A stretch of 64,000 bases of DNA from an uncultured Thermoplasmatales archaeon (GTDB taxonomy: Archaea > Thermoplasmatota > E2 > DHVEG-1): assembly GCA_964627915.1 (NCBI GenBank), contig CAZVKY010000002.1:1727-65726 (forward strand), given 5' to 3'. The position numbers and the translations under genes were made by a program. The notes under the pieces are model-generated. The model saw only the letters and a list, made by a program, of their open reading frames with translations. It ran no database searches and was not told where the DNA came from. Position 1 is the stretch's first letter; the number at the start of each line of letters is the position of its first letter. Below, piece after piece: positions 1 to 9,064 of the stretch.

Positions 1-506
1 GAGTTGTATAATCCATCCTCTGAAGCTTTTTTCTTAAGATTTTTATCGATTCTTTGCTGTTTATTAGAGAGTTCTTTTCTAAGATCGTGAAATGTTTTAT
101 CTGAATCTGATGCGTGGCCACGAAGAGGCATGGTCAGCCCCATGTTTTTTCCTTGTATTGCAGCATCAATGATTTCATGGGGGTGCTTTCCTTTTTGGAT
201 ATGATGTGCAATTTTTTTGATATCTCCTTGGATGATGCCGAAATCGTTTGCATAGGAGGAAATAGTATTTGAGATATGTTCATCAACGTGGCGTTGGATT
301 TTTCCGCCTACTCCTTTTCTTTCAAAAGGATTTTTTTGATATTCTTTTAAAAGGTAGAGTCCTACATCTGGATGAAAAAGATAGAAATCATTTGAAAGAA
401 GTTGTCTGTCCTTTCCAAAGACGGCTTTCCAATCCTTTGGATATTTTTTTGCGTCTTTGATGATATCGGTAAGAATGTTGTTCCGTGATTTTACTGGTTC
501 AGTCAT
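1..506 (-). CDS. hypothetical protein (N-terminal part; gene continues past window start)
   Basis: Reverse-strand ATG at 506 (MTEPVKSRNNILTDIIKDAKKYPKDWKAVFGKDRQLL...) stays open to position 1. It is absent from the ORF track because there is no stop in the window. No recognisable family. Confidence 0.45.
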   Translation of the reverse strand, partial: MTEPVKSRNNILTDIIKDAKKYPKDWKAVFGKDRQLLSNDFYLFHPDVGLYLLKEYQKNPFERKGVGGKIQRHVDEHISNTISSYANDFGIIQGDIKKIAHHIQKGKHPHEIIDAAIQGKNMGLTMPLRGHASDSDKTFHDLRKELSNKQQRIDKNLKKKASEDGLYN

Positions 507-938
507 ATCTCATTTAGAAATAAATTATGATTATATAAATGATGGTGAAAAAAAGAATGTTTTTGAAAGGATAAAAAAAATTATATGTTGACCCAGGTGA
601 TGGTGATTTGATCAGGTGCTGTTTTTTTGTATTTTCGTTTCTTTTTTGATGATATTGCCTGGCTCATCTTTTTTATGCTCCTTGTTTTAGTTTTGATGCT
701 AATACTCGGGCTCGGTTTCCAACCACAAATGATTTGGTTATCGCTTCGATTTCTTTTGCTTCTTCTGGGTTTGATATTTGGCCGACGATCATCATTTTTT
801 ATCAGTCCTCACACTCTTTATTTTGTGGTTTAGCTTATTAAGGAGTTATGGTACATTTCTACCCAGCCTTCTTTACAGCTCTATCCTTTTTGCAACTTTT
901 GTCATAAAAAAAAGAGATGAGATGAGCTGACTCTCAAT

Positions 939-1769
939 TTAGGTGGGTCGTGTTTGTTTTGGTTTGAATCCATAACTAAATCGACCATTGCTGTTTTGTA
1001 CCATGACCCTCCCCTGTTGTTTCCGGGCAAGCAGTCGTGCTTTTTTGATAGCCATTTGTTTTGTTCTATGATTACTTATGGTTTTTCGTTTTGTTCTAAC
1101 CGTCCAGGGTCCCTGCCGTGGTTGATGACTGGCGTTATTGACGACATAGATTACGTGTGGTTTCACTGCTATTTTTGGTTTTTCACTTGGTTGAGTTGGT
1201 TCTTTCTTTTTTAGATATGGCATTTGTGATCGTGGGTTTTCTTTCACGATGTATTTTTCTGGGAGATCAGTTGGATGACCACTTTTTGGATGATGTTTAC
1301 TGAAGAAATAGATGGGGAGTTGCAGTCCGCTTTTCAGTTGTACCATACGGGTGTAAAGGATGTATTTTCCGTATTGGTAGAATTTTCTGAAAAAACATTG
1401 AGCTTCCTCAGTGGTGAAATAAAGAATCATCATTGTATAAACAACAAGCAGAATAAGATGAACAATAATGTTGTTTGCAACGATTAGACCCCAAAGTGCC
1501 CAGAGTGATGCCCAGATAAGATAGAAAATGGTGAATTTTCTTGCCCATTTTGCTTTTTGTATCATACCGATATAAAGAAAGATGAGGGCAACAAAGATAA
1601 TGCCATGAATCAGAAGTAACCCCAGTATCATGATTCCTCCGCCGAGACTGTATCCATAATGAACAAAAAGTCCATTAATAAAAAAATCAATAAAGAAATA
1701 GAAGAATTGTATGATAAAGAGGAATATGAATATGAGATATGTTTTCTGTGAAAGATCTATTTCACTCAA
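939..1769 (-). CDS. integral membrane protein with long Lys/Arg/Pro-rich C-terminal tail
   Basis: 276-aa ORF. The N-terminal ~150 aa form about four hydrophobic helices (IFIFLFIIQFFYFF..., IMILGLLLIHGIIFVALIFLY...). The C-terminal ~120 aa are highly basic (KKKEPTQPSEKPKIAVKP...TKRKTISNHRTKQMAIKKARLLARKQQGR). It overlaps the stop of the upstream PKD gene by 8 nt. Confidence 0.5.
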   Translation of the reverse strand: MSEIDLSQKTYLIFIFLFIIQFFYFFIDFFINGLFVHYGYSLGGGIMILGLLLIHGIIFVALIFLYIGMIQKAKWARKFTIFYLIWASLWALWGLIVANNIIVHLILLVVYTMMILYFTTEEAQCFFRKFYQYGKYILYTRMVQLKSGLQLPIYFFSKHHPKSGHPTDLPEKYIVKENPRSQMPYLKKKEPTQPSEKPKIAVKPHVIYVVNNASHQPRQGPWTVRTKRKTISNHRTKQMAIKKARLLARKQQGRVMVQNSNGRFSYGFKPKQTRPT

Positions 1770-3450
1770 ATAATCGCCTCCTGAAATGTAAAACGGCTAC
1801 TCCTGCTAGGAGAAGAGATGAAAGTCCTCCTGAGATCATCCAAAATGTCATGTCTTCTTGTTCATCTTTATTTGTTGGTTGTGTTTTTTCATCGGTGATA
1901 AAAACGGTAACGGTATCATTTGATGTAGCACCATCTTCATCAGTTACTGTGAGAGTAACTAGATAAGTGCCTGTTGAATCATAGCGGTGTTCAACGGTTT
2001 CACCACTGTCGGTGTATCCGTCCCCGAAATCCCATTCAAAGGAAACAATGGTTCCATCTTCATCGTAGCTGTCTGCGGCTGAAAAGATAACATTTTTTCC
2101 TTTTTCCTGGTTGTATGGACCACCTGCGTTTGCATGAGGAACCCTATTTTCGGTTGGTTCATCGAAATCATCATTGTCTGAATCGGTATAGGTGTTACTA
2201 AGTCGTGTGAGCAGTTGGATGAAAAGAAGAGCGGAAAGAAGGATAAGATATGGATGATCACGCACCCATTGATAGAACGATTCAAATCCAGTTGGTTCTT
2301 TTGATGGAAGAAAGGATGGGAGTTGCTGTGTCTTTTCATAGACATATTTGATGATAGAAATGGTTGCTAGTGTTTTGAGAACTGGTCTGTTTTGAAAAAG
2401 TGATAATTGACGGTCTTTGTTATTAAATGACCATTCACCATTTGACAACATGATTAAGTTATAGATGAATTTATGGTTTTTTTGCAGTCTTTTACTTATT
2501 AATGGATGATTGTTAAGAAACTGATAGAGATTAAAATCATTTTTATTGTTTTGCAGGATTTTTTCCAGTAATTGAGCAAGCACATCATTGTCTTGTTGAT
2601 TGTCAAATTGGTTGGATTTCAAAATAAATTTAAGTAAACTGAGAAGAAGTAATGATGGTGAGTTTTGCTGGCTATCTCCTGAGAATAAATCTTTATTTTG
2701 GTTTCCTTTTAAAAGAGAAAGGGTTTGTAACATGAGAATGGGGTGTAACCGCCATTTAAATACTGTTTGCTCAATGGTGATGTCATGATTTGATGTATCA
2801 TAAATGATAGCTTTGATTTGATGAGAAAACGATCCAAGTTTCCAATTATAGCTGTATGGTTCATCAAAATCAATGTGTTTCCGTTGACCATCAATATAGA
2901 TTTCCACTCGTTGCACATCTACATCATCACTCGCTTCAATGGTGATGTTGCAGGGTCCAAGCACAAGCGTTGTTCCATTGGTTGAAAACAATTCTTTGTT
3001 TCGGAAATAAAAGGATCCTTGTTTTGGCGTGAGGAAAAACGCTTCGGGTGGTTGATCATCTGAAACAATGACTTCTGTAGTATCGGTGCCACAGTTGTCA
3101 TCACTGTCTTTGACGGTTAGGGCGAGAGTGTAAGTTCCTGGGGTTGTGTAACGGTGGCTAGCTGTTTGACCTGTTTCTACTTCCCCATCTCCACAAAACC
3201 ATTCGTATGATATGATGGTTCCATTTGGATGATAACTGGCTGACCCATCAAATTGAATGGGGGTGTGTACAACACCATAATACGGTCCACCAGCATCAGC
3301 AATTGGGCCTGTTGATGTGAGAAATTGTTCTGGTTGTGAGGTTATGTTTTCCTCTTGATTTTGTTCAGCTGTAACAGCAGCTATCCAAGTGGTAAGAATA
3401 AGGAGGACAGTGATGAGTATACTTATTATTTTTGTATGCATATGAATCAC
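1762..3450 (-). CDS. secreted/cell-surface protein with two PKD domains and C-terminal membrane anchor
   Basis: N-terminal signal peptide (MIHMHTKIISILITVLLILTTWIAAVTA). Two PKD-like repeats (GGPYYGVVHTPIQFDGSASYHPNGTIISYEWFCGDGE...GTYTLALTVKDSDDN and AGGPYNQEKGKNVIFSAADSYDEDGTIVSFEWDFGDGY...GTYLVTLTVTDEDG). C-terminal hydrophobic stretch plus RRR tail (LLLAGVAVLHFRRRLFE). Confidence 0.8.
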   Translation of the reverse strand: MIHMHTKIISILITVLLILTTWIAAVTAEQNQEENITSQPEQFLTSTGPIADAGGPYYGVVHTPIQFDGSASYHPNGTIISYEWFCGDGEVETGQTASHRYTTPGTYTLALTVKDSDDNCGTDTTEVIVSDDQPPEAFFLTPKQGSFYFRNKELFSTNGTTLVLGPCNITIEASDDVDVQRVEIYIDGQRKHIDFDEPYSYNWKLGSFSHQIKAIIYDTSNHDITIEQTVFKWRLHPILMLQTLSLLKGNQNKDLFSGDSQQNSPSLLLLSLLKFILKSNQFDNQQDNDVLAQLLEKILQNNKNDFNLYQFLNNHPLISKRLQKNHKFIYNLIMLSNGEWSFNNKDRQLSLFQNRPVLKTLATISIIKYVYEKTQQLPSFLPSKEPTGFESFYQWVRDHPYLILLSALLFIQLLTRLSNTYTDSDNDDFDEPTENRVPHANAGGPYNQEKGKNVIFSAADSYDEDGTIVSFEWDFGDGYTDSGETVEHRYDSTGTYLVTLTVTDEDGATSNDTVTVFITDEKTQPTNKDEQEDMTFWMISGGLSSLLLAGVAVLHFRRRLFE

Positions 3451-3640
3451 ATTTTTTGATTGGCTGGTTCTAATAACATTAATATAATTATATTTACTAC
3501 TTTATATATATTTCTAAACGATTCTTATCGATTACATATGTTAAAAATAATTTGCACCCTAAATTACTATCTTATAGTAAAAGATATACTTAGAAAATAA
3601 AGGATCTTCAGAGAATTCTTCTCTAAAAACACGTGGTCCT

Positions 3641-4876
3641 TTAGGAATCTGAAAATATTTTATCAATCAACCAACGAGCATCAAAGGGAATTTGATCTTC
3701 ATATTTTTGACCAACACCAATAAATAACAGGGGTTTTCCAATAGTATAGGCAACAGAGAGAGCACTTCCCCCTTTTGCATCAGTATCAACCTTTGTGAGA
3801 ATCACACCATCTATACCAACAATTTCATTGAATCGTTTGGCTTGTTCAACCGCATCATTGCCAGCAAGCGCATCGCCTACAAAAAGAATAAGAGAGGGTT
3901 GAGCCACTCGTTTGATTTTATCCATCTCATCCATAAGATTAACATTGGTTTGCATCCTTCCTGCAGTATCAAGTAAGACCACATCTTTGTGTTTTGCTTT
4001 GGCATGTTCAATAGCATCATAGGCAACGGCAGCAGGATCCGCCCCTGGTCCATGTTTAATGATCTTAACGCCTACTTTATCTGCATGGATTCCCAATTGC
4101 TCGATGGCTCCTGCTCGAAAAGTATCCCCTGCAGCCATCACTGAGGAAAATCCTTGTTTTTTCAACGAGGTCGCCATTTTGGCAATTGAAGTAGTTTTTC
4201 CACTACCATTTACTCCCACAAACATGATAACCACTGGTTTTTCTTCTTTTTCAATGAATTCCTGAAAATCAAGTTTGTTTGATTCAAGAACATGTTCAAT
4301 GGCATGACGAAGCACTGATTCAATGGTCTCATCAATTTTTCCTCTTTGAAGTGGTGTATGTTTTAACTCTTCTTTGATATCATTTTTGATAGATTCTATA
4401 ACAGAATAGGCGACATCAGATTCCAACAAGCCAATCTCCAGTTCCCACAATAAATCATCAAGTTTTTCTTCACTAATCAGTTTTGTAGCTCTCTGATCTT
4501 TATCCAGTTTTTTGCTGATACTTTTCCGTGTTTTAAGAGTATGATTTAGTTCTGATTCAATGCTTTCCTCAATTTGTTTATCGACTTGTTGTTGTCTTTT
4601 TTTTCGTGCTTCGGCTCGACGTTTTCTCTGTTGTTCTCGATCTTCTTTTCTTGACGGAATTTTTTCAGGAGTTTTTGTTTTTTTTGCCTCCTCTGATGGG
4701 CTCGGCGGAGGTGTTGTTTTTCTAGATTCTTCAGGAATCTTTTCCGGTGTTTCCTCGCTGTATTGGGTGGGTTGTTGTATGCGTTCCTTTTTTTGTTCTT
4801 TTTGAAATTCTTGATCCAATTCAGCTTCCAGTTTATCTTCGAATTTTTTTAATTTCTTTTTAAGGAATTTAAACAT
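3641..4876 (-). CDS. ftsY: signal recognition particle receptor FtsY
   Basis: Charged N-terminal region then an SRP-GTPase domain: VGVNGSGKTTSIAKMA (G1), DTAGRMQ (G3), TKVDTDAKGG (G4). Sits in the conserved archaeal pfdA-ftsY neighbourhood. Confidence 0.95.
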   Translation of the reverse strand: MFKFLKKKLKKFEDKLEAELDQEFQKEQKKERIQQPTQYSEETPEKIPEESRKTTPPPSPSEEAKKTKTPEKIPSRKEDREQQRKRRAEARKKRQQQVDKQIEESIESELNHTLKTRKSISKKLDKDQRATKLISEEKLDDLLWELEIGLLESDVAYSVIESIKNDIKEELKHTPLQRGKIDETIESVLRHAIEHVLESNKLDFQEFIEKEEKPVVIMFVGVNGSGKTTSIAKMATSLKKQGFSSVMAAGDTFRAGAIEQLGIHADKVGVKIIKHGPGADPAAVAYDAIEHAKAKHKDVVLLDTAGRMQTNVNLMDEMDKIKRVAQPSLILFVGDALAGNDAVEQAKRFNEIVGIDGVILTKVDTDAKGGSALSVAYTIGKPLLFIGVGQKYEDQIPFDARWLIDKIFSDS

Positions 4877-4926
4877 AAGGCAAACCTAATTAGTGTTTTT
4901 TGATAAAAGGCGGTGATTACTTGCCT

Positions 4927-5343
4927 TTATTGTCTATTTGAAAGGAGTTGTTGTGCTTTGGTTGATACTTCCTCAAGTTGTTGTTGAATGTTTTTTGACA
5001 TTTTTGAAAGAGTTTCTTGATTTTTCTGTAATTCTTCAATACGACGGTCTAGAATCTTTATCGCTTCTTCCGGTTTTTTTTCCAAAACAATGCCAGCGCC
5101 AACTTCAGTAAGTATCTTTTTTGTGTCTTTTGCCTTTGCAAAAGAAAAGGTTCCTCCTCCAATTGGAACCAGTATATCTGTTCCCTCTTCAGCTTCACCA
5201 ATTTTTTCAATAGTTATTTTTGCTTTATTGAAATCCATGACTGCTGCTTGAAGATAGGAAAATTGTTGATCAATTGATTGTAATTGTTCTTTGTAATATT
5301 CAACAAGAGTCGCATATCTTTGAAATTCTTCTTCCTGTGTCAT
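4927..5343 (-). CDS. pfdA: prefoldin alpha subunit
   Basis: 138-aa coiled-coil protein with central beta-hairpin motif ILVPIGGGTFSFAKA...EVGAGIVLEKKPEEAIKIL typical of archaeal prefoldin alpha. Adjacent to ftsY as in many archaea. Confidence 0.8.
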   Translation of the reverse strand: MTQEEEFQRYATLVEYYKEQLQSIDQQFSYLQAAVMDFNKAKITIEKIGEAEEGTDILVPIGGGTFSFAKAKDTKKILTEVGAGIVLEKKPEEAIKILDRRIEELQKNQETLSKMSKNIQQQLEEVSTKAQQLLSNRQ

Positions 5344-5450
5344 AACGCCACCGTTCCTTGATACTTAGTGGACTATAATCAGAAGGGGGTATTAATGTAT
5401 TTTCTTTTCTAACTTCAAATGTGAAAAGACAACGGCAAAAAAACGAAAAA

Positions 5451-5458
5451 CATTTTAA
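5451..5458 (+). promoter_or_regulatory. TATA-box-like element (TTTTAATA) upstream of pcp
   Basis: AT-rich octamer centred about 29 nt upstream of ATG 5484, consistent with an archaeal leaderless promoter. Weak evidence because the whole genome is AT-rich. Confidence 0.25.
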
Positions 5459-5483
5459 TATCCCTTATAGTATTAATATTTAC

Positions 5484-6182
5484 ATGGTGGAAAAAAAGAA
5501 GCAGAAGACTATCTATTTTCTTTGTTTTCTGATCCTTTGTTGTTTTTTGCTTCCACATTTTTTTCAACCGGTATCCTCTCAAATGAGCGATATCCTTGAT
5601 TCTGAAACCATTCTAGTTACTGGATTTGAACCCTGGGCGTCTCATGAAGTAAATCCTTCTGAACTCATCGCTAATCAACTTAACGGCAGCATGATAAATG
5701 AAAAAATCGTATATGGGGCAGTATTACCGATTGATTTTGATGTTGCATTACAGAAGTTAAAAAAGTTGATATATGAAAAACAGCCTGTATTGATCATCTG
5801 TCTTGGCTTAGCTCCAGGTACCTCAGTTATTAGGGTTGAATCAATTGGTTTTAATTTGTTCTATGATCCATACATTGAAAATGTGTTCCATGCGCTAAGA
5901 AGAGTAAATAGCTCAGGACCACCCCTTTTGTTATCCAATATTAAGATAACTGAATCGGTTGATAGATTAAAGGAAGCAAATTTTTCATCTGAACAAAGCT
6001 ATTTTGCTGGTTTTTATCTTTGTAACGCGGTTCTTTATGAGTCGATTCATATCATTCATCAAACAAATGCTGCCAAGGTTGGTTTTGTTCATCTCCCACA
6101 GATCAATGATGATGAAAACAATTGGCAGCTCACTGAATTAATAGAAGCGATAACACTCATAATCAAAGAAAACATTCAATGA
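5484..6182 (+). CDS. pcp: pyroglutamyl-peptidase I (pyrrolidone-carboxylate peptidase), possibly with N-terminal signal/anchor
   Basis: ILVTGFEPWASHEVNPS, catalytic Cys in GFYLCNAV and His in FVHLPQ match the Pcp C15 family. Track ORF starts at GTG 5421. ATG 5484 gives MVEKKKQKTIYFLCFLILCCFLL (signal-peptide-like) and sits 29 nt after a TTTTAATA box (leaderless geometry). A cytosolic version would start at ATG 5583 (MSDIL...). Confidence 0.8.
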   Translation: MVEKKKQKTIYFLCFLILCCFLLPHFFQPVSSQMSDILDSETILVTGFEPWASHEVNPSELIANQLNGSMINEKIVYGAVLPIDFDVALQKLKKLIYEKQPVLIICLGLAPGTSVIRVESIGFNLFYDPYIENVFHALRRVNSSGPPLLLSNIKITESVDRLKEANFSSEQSYFAGFYLCNAVLYESIHIIHQTNAAKVGFVHLPQINDDENNWQLTELIEAITLIIKENIQ

Positions 6183-6207
6183 TAATCAATATCATTTATG
6201 ATATAAA

Positions 6208-7605
6208 TTATTGTTTTTTTTCTTCAAAGTTTTCAATAATCGTTTTAACTTCTTTCGTAGAGGAATCAGCTAGTTTTTTTGCTTCTCCAGAGGTTTTTGC
6301 TTCTGCATACACCCGAAAGATGGGTTCAGTTCCCGATGGACGCATCAACACCCATCCTGAATTGTAATAGAGTTTGAGTCCATCGGTGGTATCGATATTC
6401 ATGATCTGAGATTCTTTTGATACCTGATTTTTTATTTCTTCTAAAACCTTTTGTTTCAGATGGTTTGGACAGTTGATTTTTGTTTTTAATAACTCATAGC
6501 GTGGAAGTTTATCTAACAGGGAGGAAAAGGATTTATTTTCAGAGCAGATGATTTCAATGATTTTTGCAATGGTCATCGCTGAATCACGGCAAAATTGCAT
6601 CTTTGGAAAAATTAACCCACCGTTTTCTTCACCACCGAACACTGCGTTTTGTTTCATCATTTCACGAGCAACAATAGGGGAACCAACTTTTGTTCTCACC
6701 ACTTTACCATTGTTTTTTGTCACCACTTCTTCAACACTACGAGAACTGGTTACCGGTGTTACAACCGTTCCCCCGTTATTTTCTTTGGTAATATAATCTG
6801 CCATCAACGTTAGCGTTTGATCACCCCAGACATAACGTCCTTGTTCATCAACAAAGATTGCTCGGTCAGCATCTCCATCTTGAGCTACACCAAAATCAGC
6901 ATCTGTTTTTTTCACAGTATTCATTAATTGTTGAAGATTCTCTGGTGTTGGCTCTGAGGGATGACCCGGAAAATGTCCATCAGGCTCGCAATTTAAACAG
7001 AGGAGCTTACAACCAAATTGAGAAAGTAAATCTGGTGTAACTATCCCTCCAGCTCCATTACCACAGTCAAGTACAACATGTAATTTTTTTTGCTTTATAG
7101 TATTGCTATCAACTTGGCCAATAATGGCATTTTTATAGTCTTGTGCAGCATTGTCAGCAACGCAAACACGATGGATTTGATTCCAATGTTTCAGGGAAAA
7201 TGTTTTCCTAAAATAGATATCTTCAATTGTTTCTTCGGTTTTTTTAGAAAACTCTGTTCCATCGGCATCAATTCCTTTTATGCCATTGAACTGAGGTGGA
7301 TTGTGTGAAGCAGTGATCACCACTCCTGAATCAAAGTCTTTTGTTTTAACCGTGTATTGAATAGCGGGAGTAGGTAACAGTCCAACATCAGTGACCTTGC
7401 AACCGGTGGCAAGGAGTCCTGAACTTACACTCTGTTTCAACATTATATTAGAGAGCCGAGCATCAGTCCCAATAGCTACCTTGGGTTTTTCATACTGTTG
7501 ATAAAGATATGTTCCCCAGGCAAGACCGATATGACTAGCAAGATCTATTGTCATCTCTTCATTAACGACGCCCCGAATCCCATTTGTTCCAAATAATTTA
7601 GTCAC
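6208..7605 (-). CDS. glmM: phosphohexomutase (phosphoglucosamine mutase / phosphomannomutase family)
   Basis: Active-site Ser loop VVITASHNPPQFNGIK, Mg loop GVAQDGDADRAIFVDEQG, sugar-binding GEENGG. Alpha-D-phosphohexomutase superfamily. Exact substrate cannot be told from sequence. Confidence 0.85.
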   Translation of the reverse strand: MTKLFGTNGIRGVVNEEMTIDLASHIGLAWGTYLYQQYEKPKVAIGTDARLSNIMLKQSVSSGLLATGCKVTDVGLLPTPAIQYTVKTKDFDSGVVITASHNPPQFNGIKGIDADGTEFSKKTEETIEDIYFRKTFSLKHWNQIHRVCVADNAAQDYKNAIIGQVDSNTIKQKKLHVVLDCGNGAGGIVTPDLLSQFGCKLLCLNCEPDGHFPGHPSEPTPENLQQLMNTVKKTDADFGVAQDGDADRAIFVDEQGRYVWGDQTLTLMADYITKENNGGTVVTPVTSSRSVEEVVTKNNGKVVRTKVGSPIVAREMMKQNAVFGGEENGGLIFPKMQFCRDSAMTIAKIIEIICSENKSFSSLLDKLPRYELLKTKINCPNHLKQKVLEEIKNQVSKESQIMNIDTTDGLKLYYNSGWVLMRPSGTEPIFRVYAEAKTSGEAKKLADSSTKEVKTIIENFEEKKQ

Positions 7606-7615
7606 TGTTCTCCCC

Positions 7616-8998
7616 TCAGATGCTGTTTTCTGTTTTTCTAATCATGTGCTCTGTTTGTTCCTTGAAATTCATGGCAATATTTTTAGCTAGCTGAGCGGTA
7701 TCAGCTTCTGCTGTAAGCCGAATGATTGGGCTAGTGTTTGAGGCTCGAATGAGCACCCAACCTTTTTCTAGATTCACTCGGATTCCATCCATGGTATTAC
7801 AATCAGAATAGTGATTATTTAACTGCTGAGTGAGTTTTTTTATCACCATAAACTTCGTTTCATCACTACAGGATATCTCCAGTTTTTCCTGCGGATACAC
7901 CGGTATTTTTTCTCGCAGAGTGCTGAGAGGAGTATCCATGCTATCAATGATTTCAGCGATTTTAAAGGGAACAACAAGTGCATCATCGAAGAGAACATAT
8001 GAGGGAAGGATAAGATGTCCTGATGATTCAATTCCTAGTAATGCATCCTCTTTTTTCGCATGAAGAGTGAGAAAAGTATGGCCAACTTGGATCTGTTTAA
8101 CATTAAATCCAAGTGGGGTTAATTGTTCTGAAACTGCTTTTGAACATTCCACATTGGCAATAACCGTTCCCTTCTTTTTTAAACCATGTTTCCCTAGGAT
8201 AATCCCTGTTTGATCAGCGGAAAGCACCGCACCAGTATCATCAACGATGACACTTCGGTCACCATCGCCATCGAAGGCAACACCAAAATCACACTTTTTC
8301 TCTTTAACCGTTGAAATCAAGGAGGTGAGATTTTCTGGTTTTGGATCTGATGGGCGTTGTGAAAATGTAGGATCAGGTTGGCAAAAAACAGGGATGACTT
8401 CATGACCCATTCTTTTAAAAATAGCTGGTGCAGAAAGAGTCATACTGGCTCCGCCACAGTCAACGGCGATACGAAGTGATTTATCAAATGAGAATTTTTC
8501 TGCAAAGAAATCTGCATATGCTTGGATGGCATCAACATTTTTCACTGTTCCAACGTTTTCCCAGGCAAGTGCTTCTGTTTTTTGATCTAAGGTAAGATCA
8601 CGAATTTTCATTAATTCTTCTTCAGGAAGTCCCACACCATCTCCATAATAAAATTTTACTCCATTCCATTCAGCAGGAAGATGGCTAGCGGTGACAAAGA
8701 CAATGATATCATTGTTGTTTTGACATCCTGAAAACAATGTCTGACCGAAAGATGTTGTTCCGGTATATGATACATTGATGCCTGCTGCAGACACCCCAGA
8801 AATAAACGCATATACAAGAGGATGACTTGAACGACGAAGATCATTACCAACGGTCATGCTGCTTCCTTTGATATGCTGACGAACATAGGTTCCTGCTGCA
8901 AGTCCTATTTGATAAAAAAGACAAGGATCAATATCTTGTTGATATATACCTCTAATATCATAAGCTCTGAAGATATGTTTATTCGTATTTGAACTCAT
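7616..8998 (-). CDS. phosphohexomutase paralog (phosphomannomutase/phosphoglucomutase)
   Basis: FVTASHLPAEWNGVKF (phospho-Ser loop), GVAFDGDGDRSVIVDDTG (metal loop), GIESSGH. Second member of the same superfamily, in tandem with the previous gene. Confidence 0.85.
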   Translation of the reverse strand: MSSNTNKHIFRAYDIRGIYQQDIDPCLFYQIGLAAGTYVRQHIKGSSMTVGNDLRRSSHPLVYAFISGVSAAGINVSYTGTTSFGQTLFSGCQNNNDIIVFVTASHLPAEWNGVKFYYGDGVGLPEEELMKIRDLTLDQKTEALAWENVGTVKNVDAIQAYADFFAEKFSFDKSLRIAVDCGGASMTLSAPAIFKRMGHEVIPVFCQPDPTFSQRPSDPKPENLTSLISTVKEKKCDFGVAFDGDGDRSVIVDDTGAVLSADQTGIILGKHGLKKKGTVIANVECSKAVSEQLTPLGFNVKQIQVGHTFLTLHAKKEDALLGIESSGHLILPSYVLFDDALVVPFKIAEIIDSMDTPLSTLREKIPVYPQEKLEISCSDETKFMVIKKLTQQLNNHYSDCNTMDGIRVNLEKGWVLIRASNTSPIIRLTAEADTAQLAKNIAMNFKEQTEHMIRKTENSI

Positions 8999-9064
8999 GT
9001 ATTCACAATCAAGGATTCATTATAAAAATTGATTGCATTTTTCCATTAAATTTTTTTTGACGAT

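Noticed and set aside
627-833. 68-aa plus-strand hydrophobic ORF in the first intergenic region
   Set aside because: Leu/Phe-rich low complexity typical of random AT-rich frames (poly-F/L). No RBS.
1959-3104. ORFs 1959..2345, 2600..2788, 2709..2918, 2919..3104 within the PKD-domain gene
   Set aside because: They are nested or antisense in a well-supported 562-aa coding region. No independent support.
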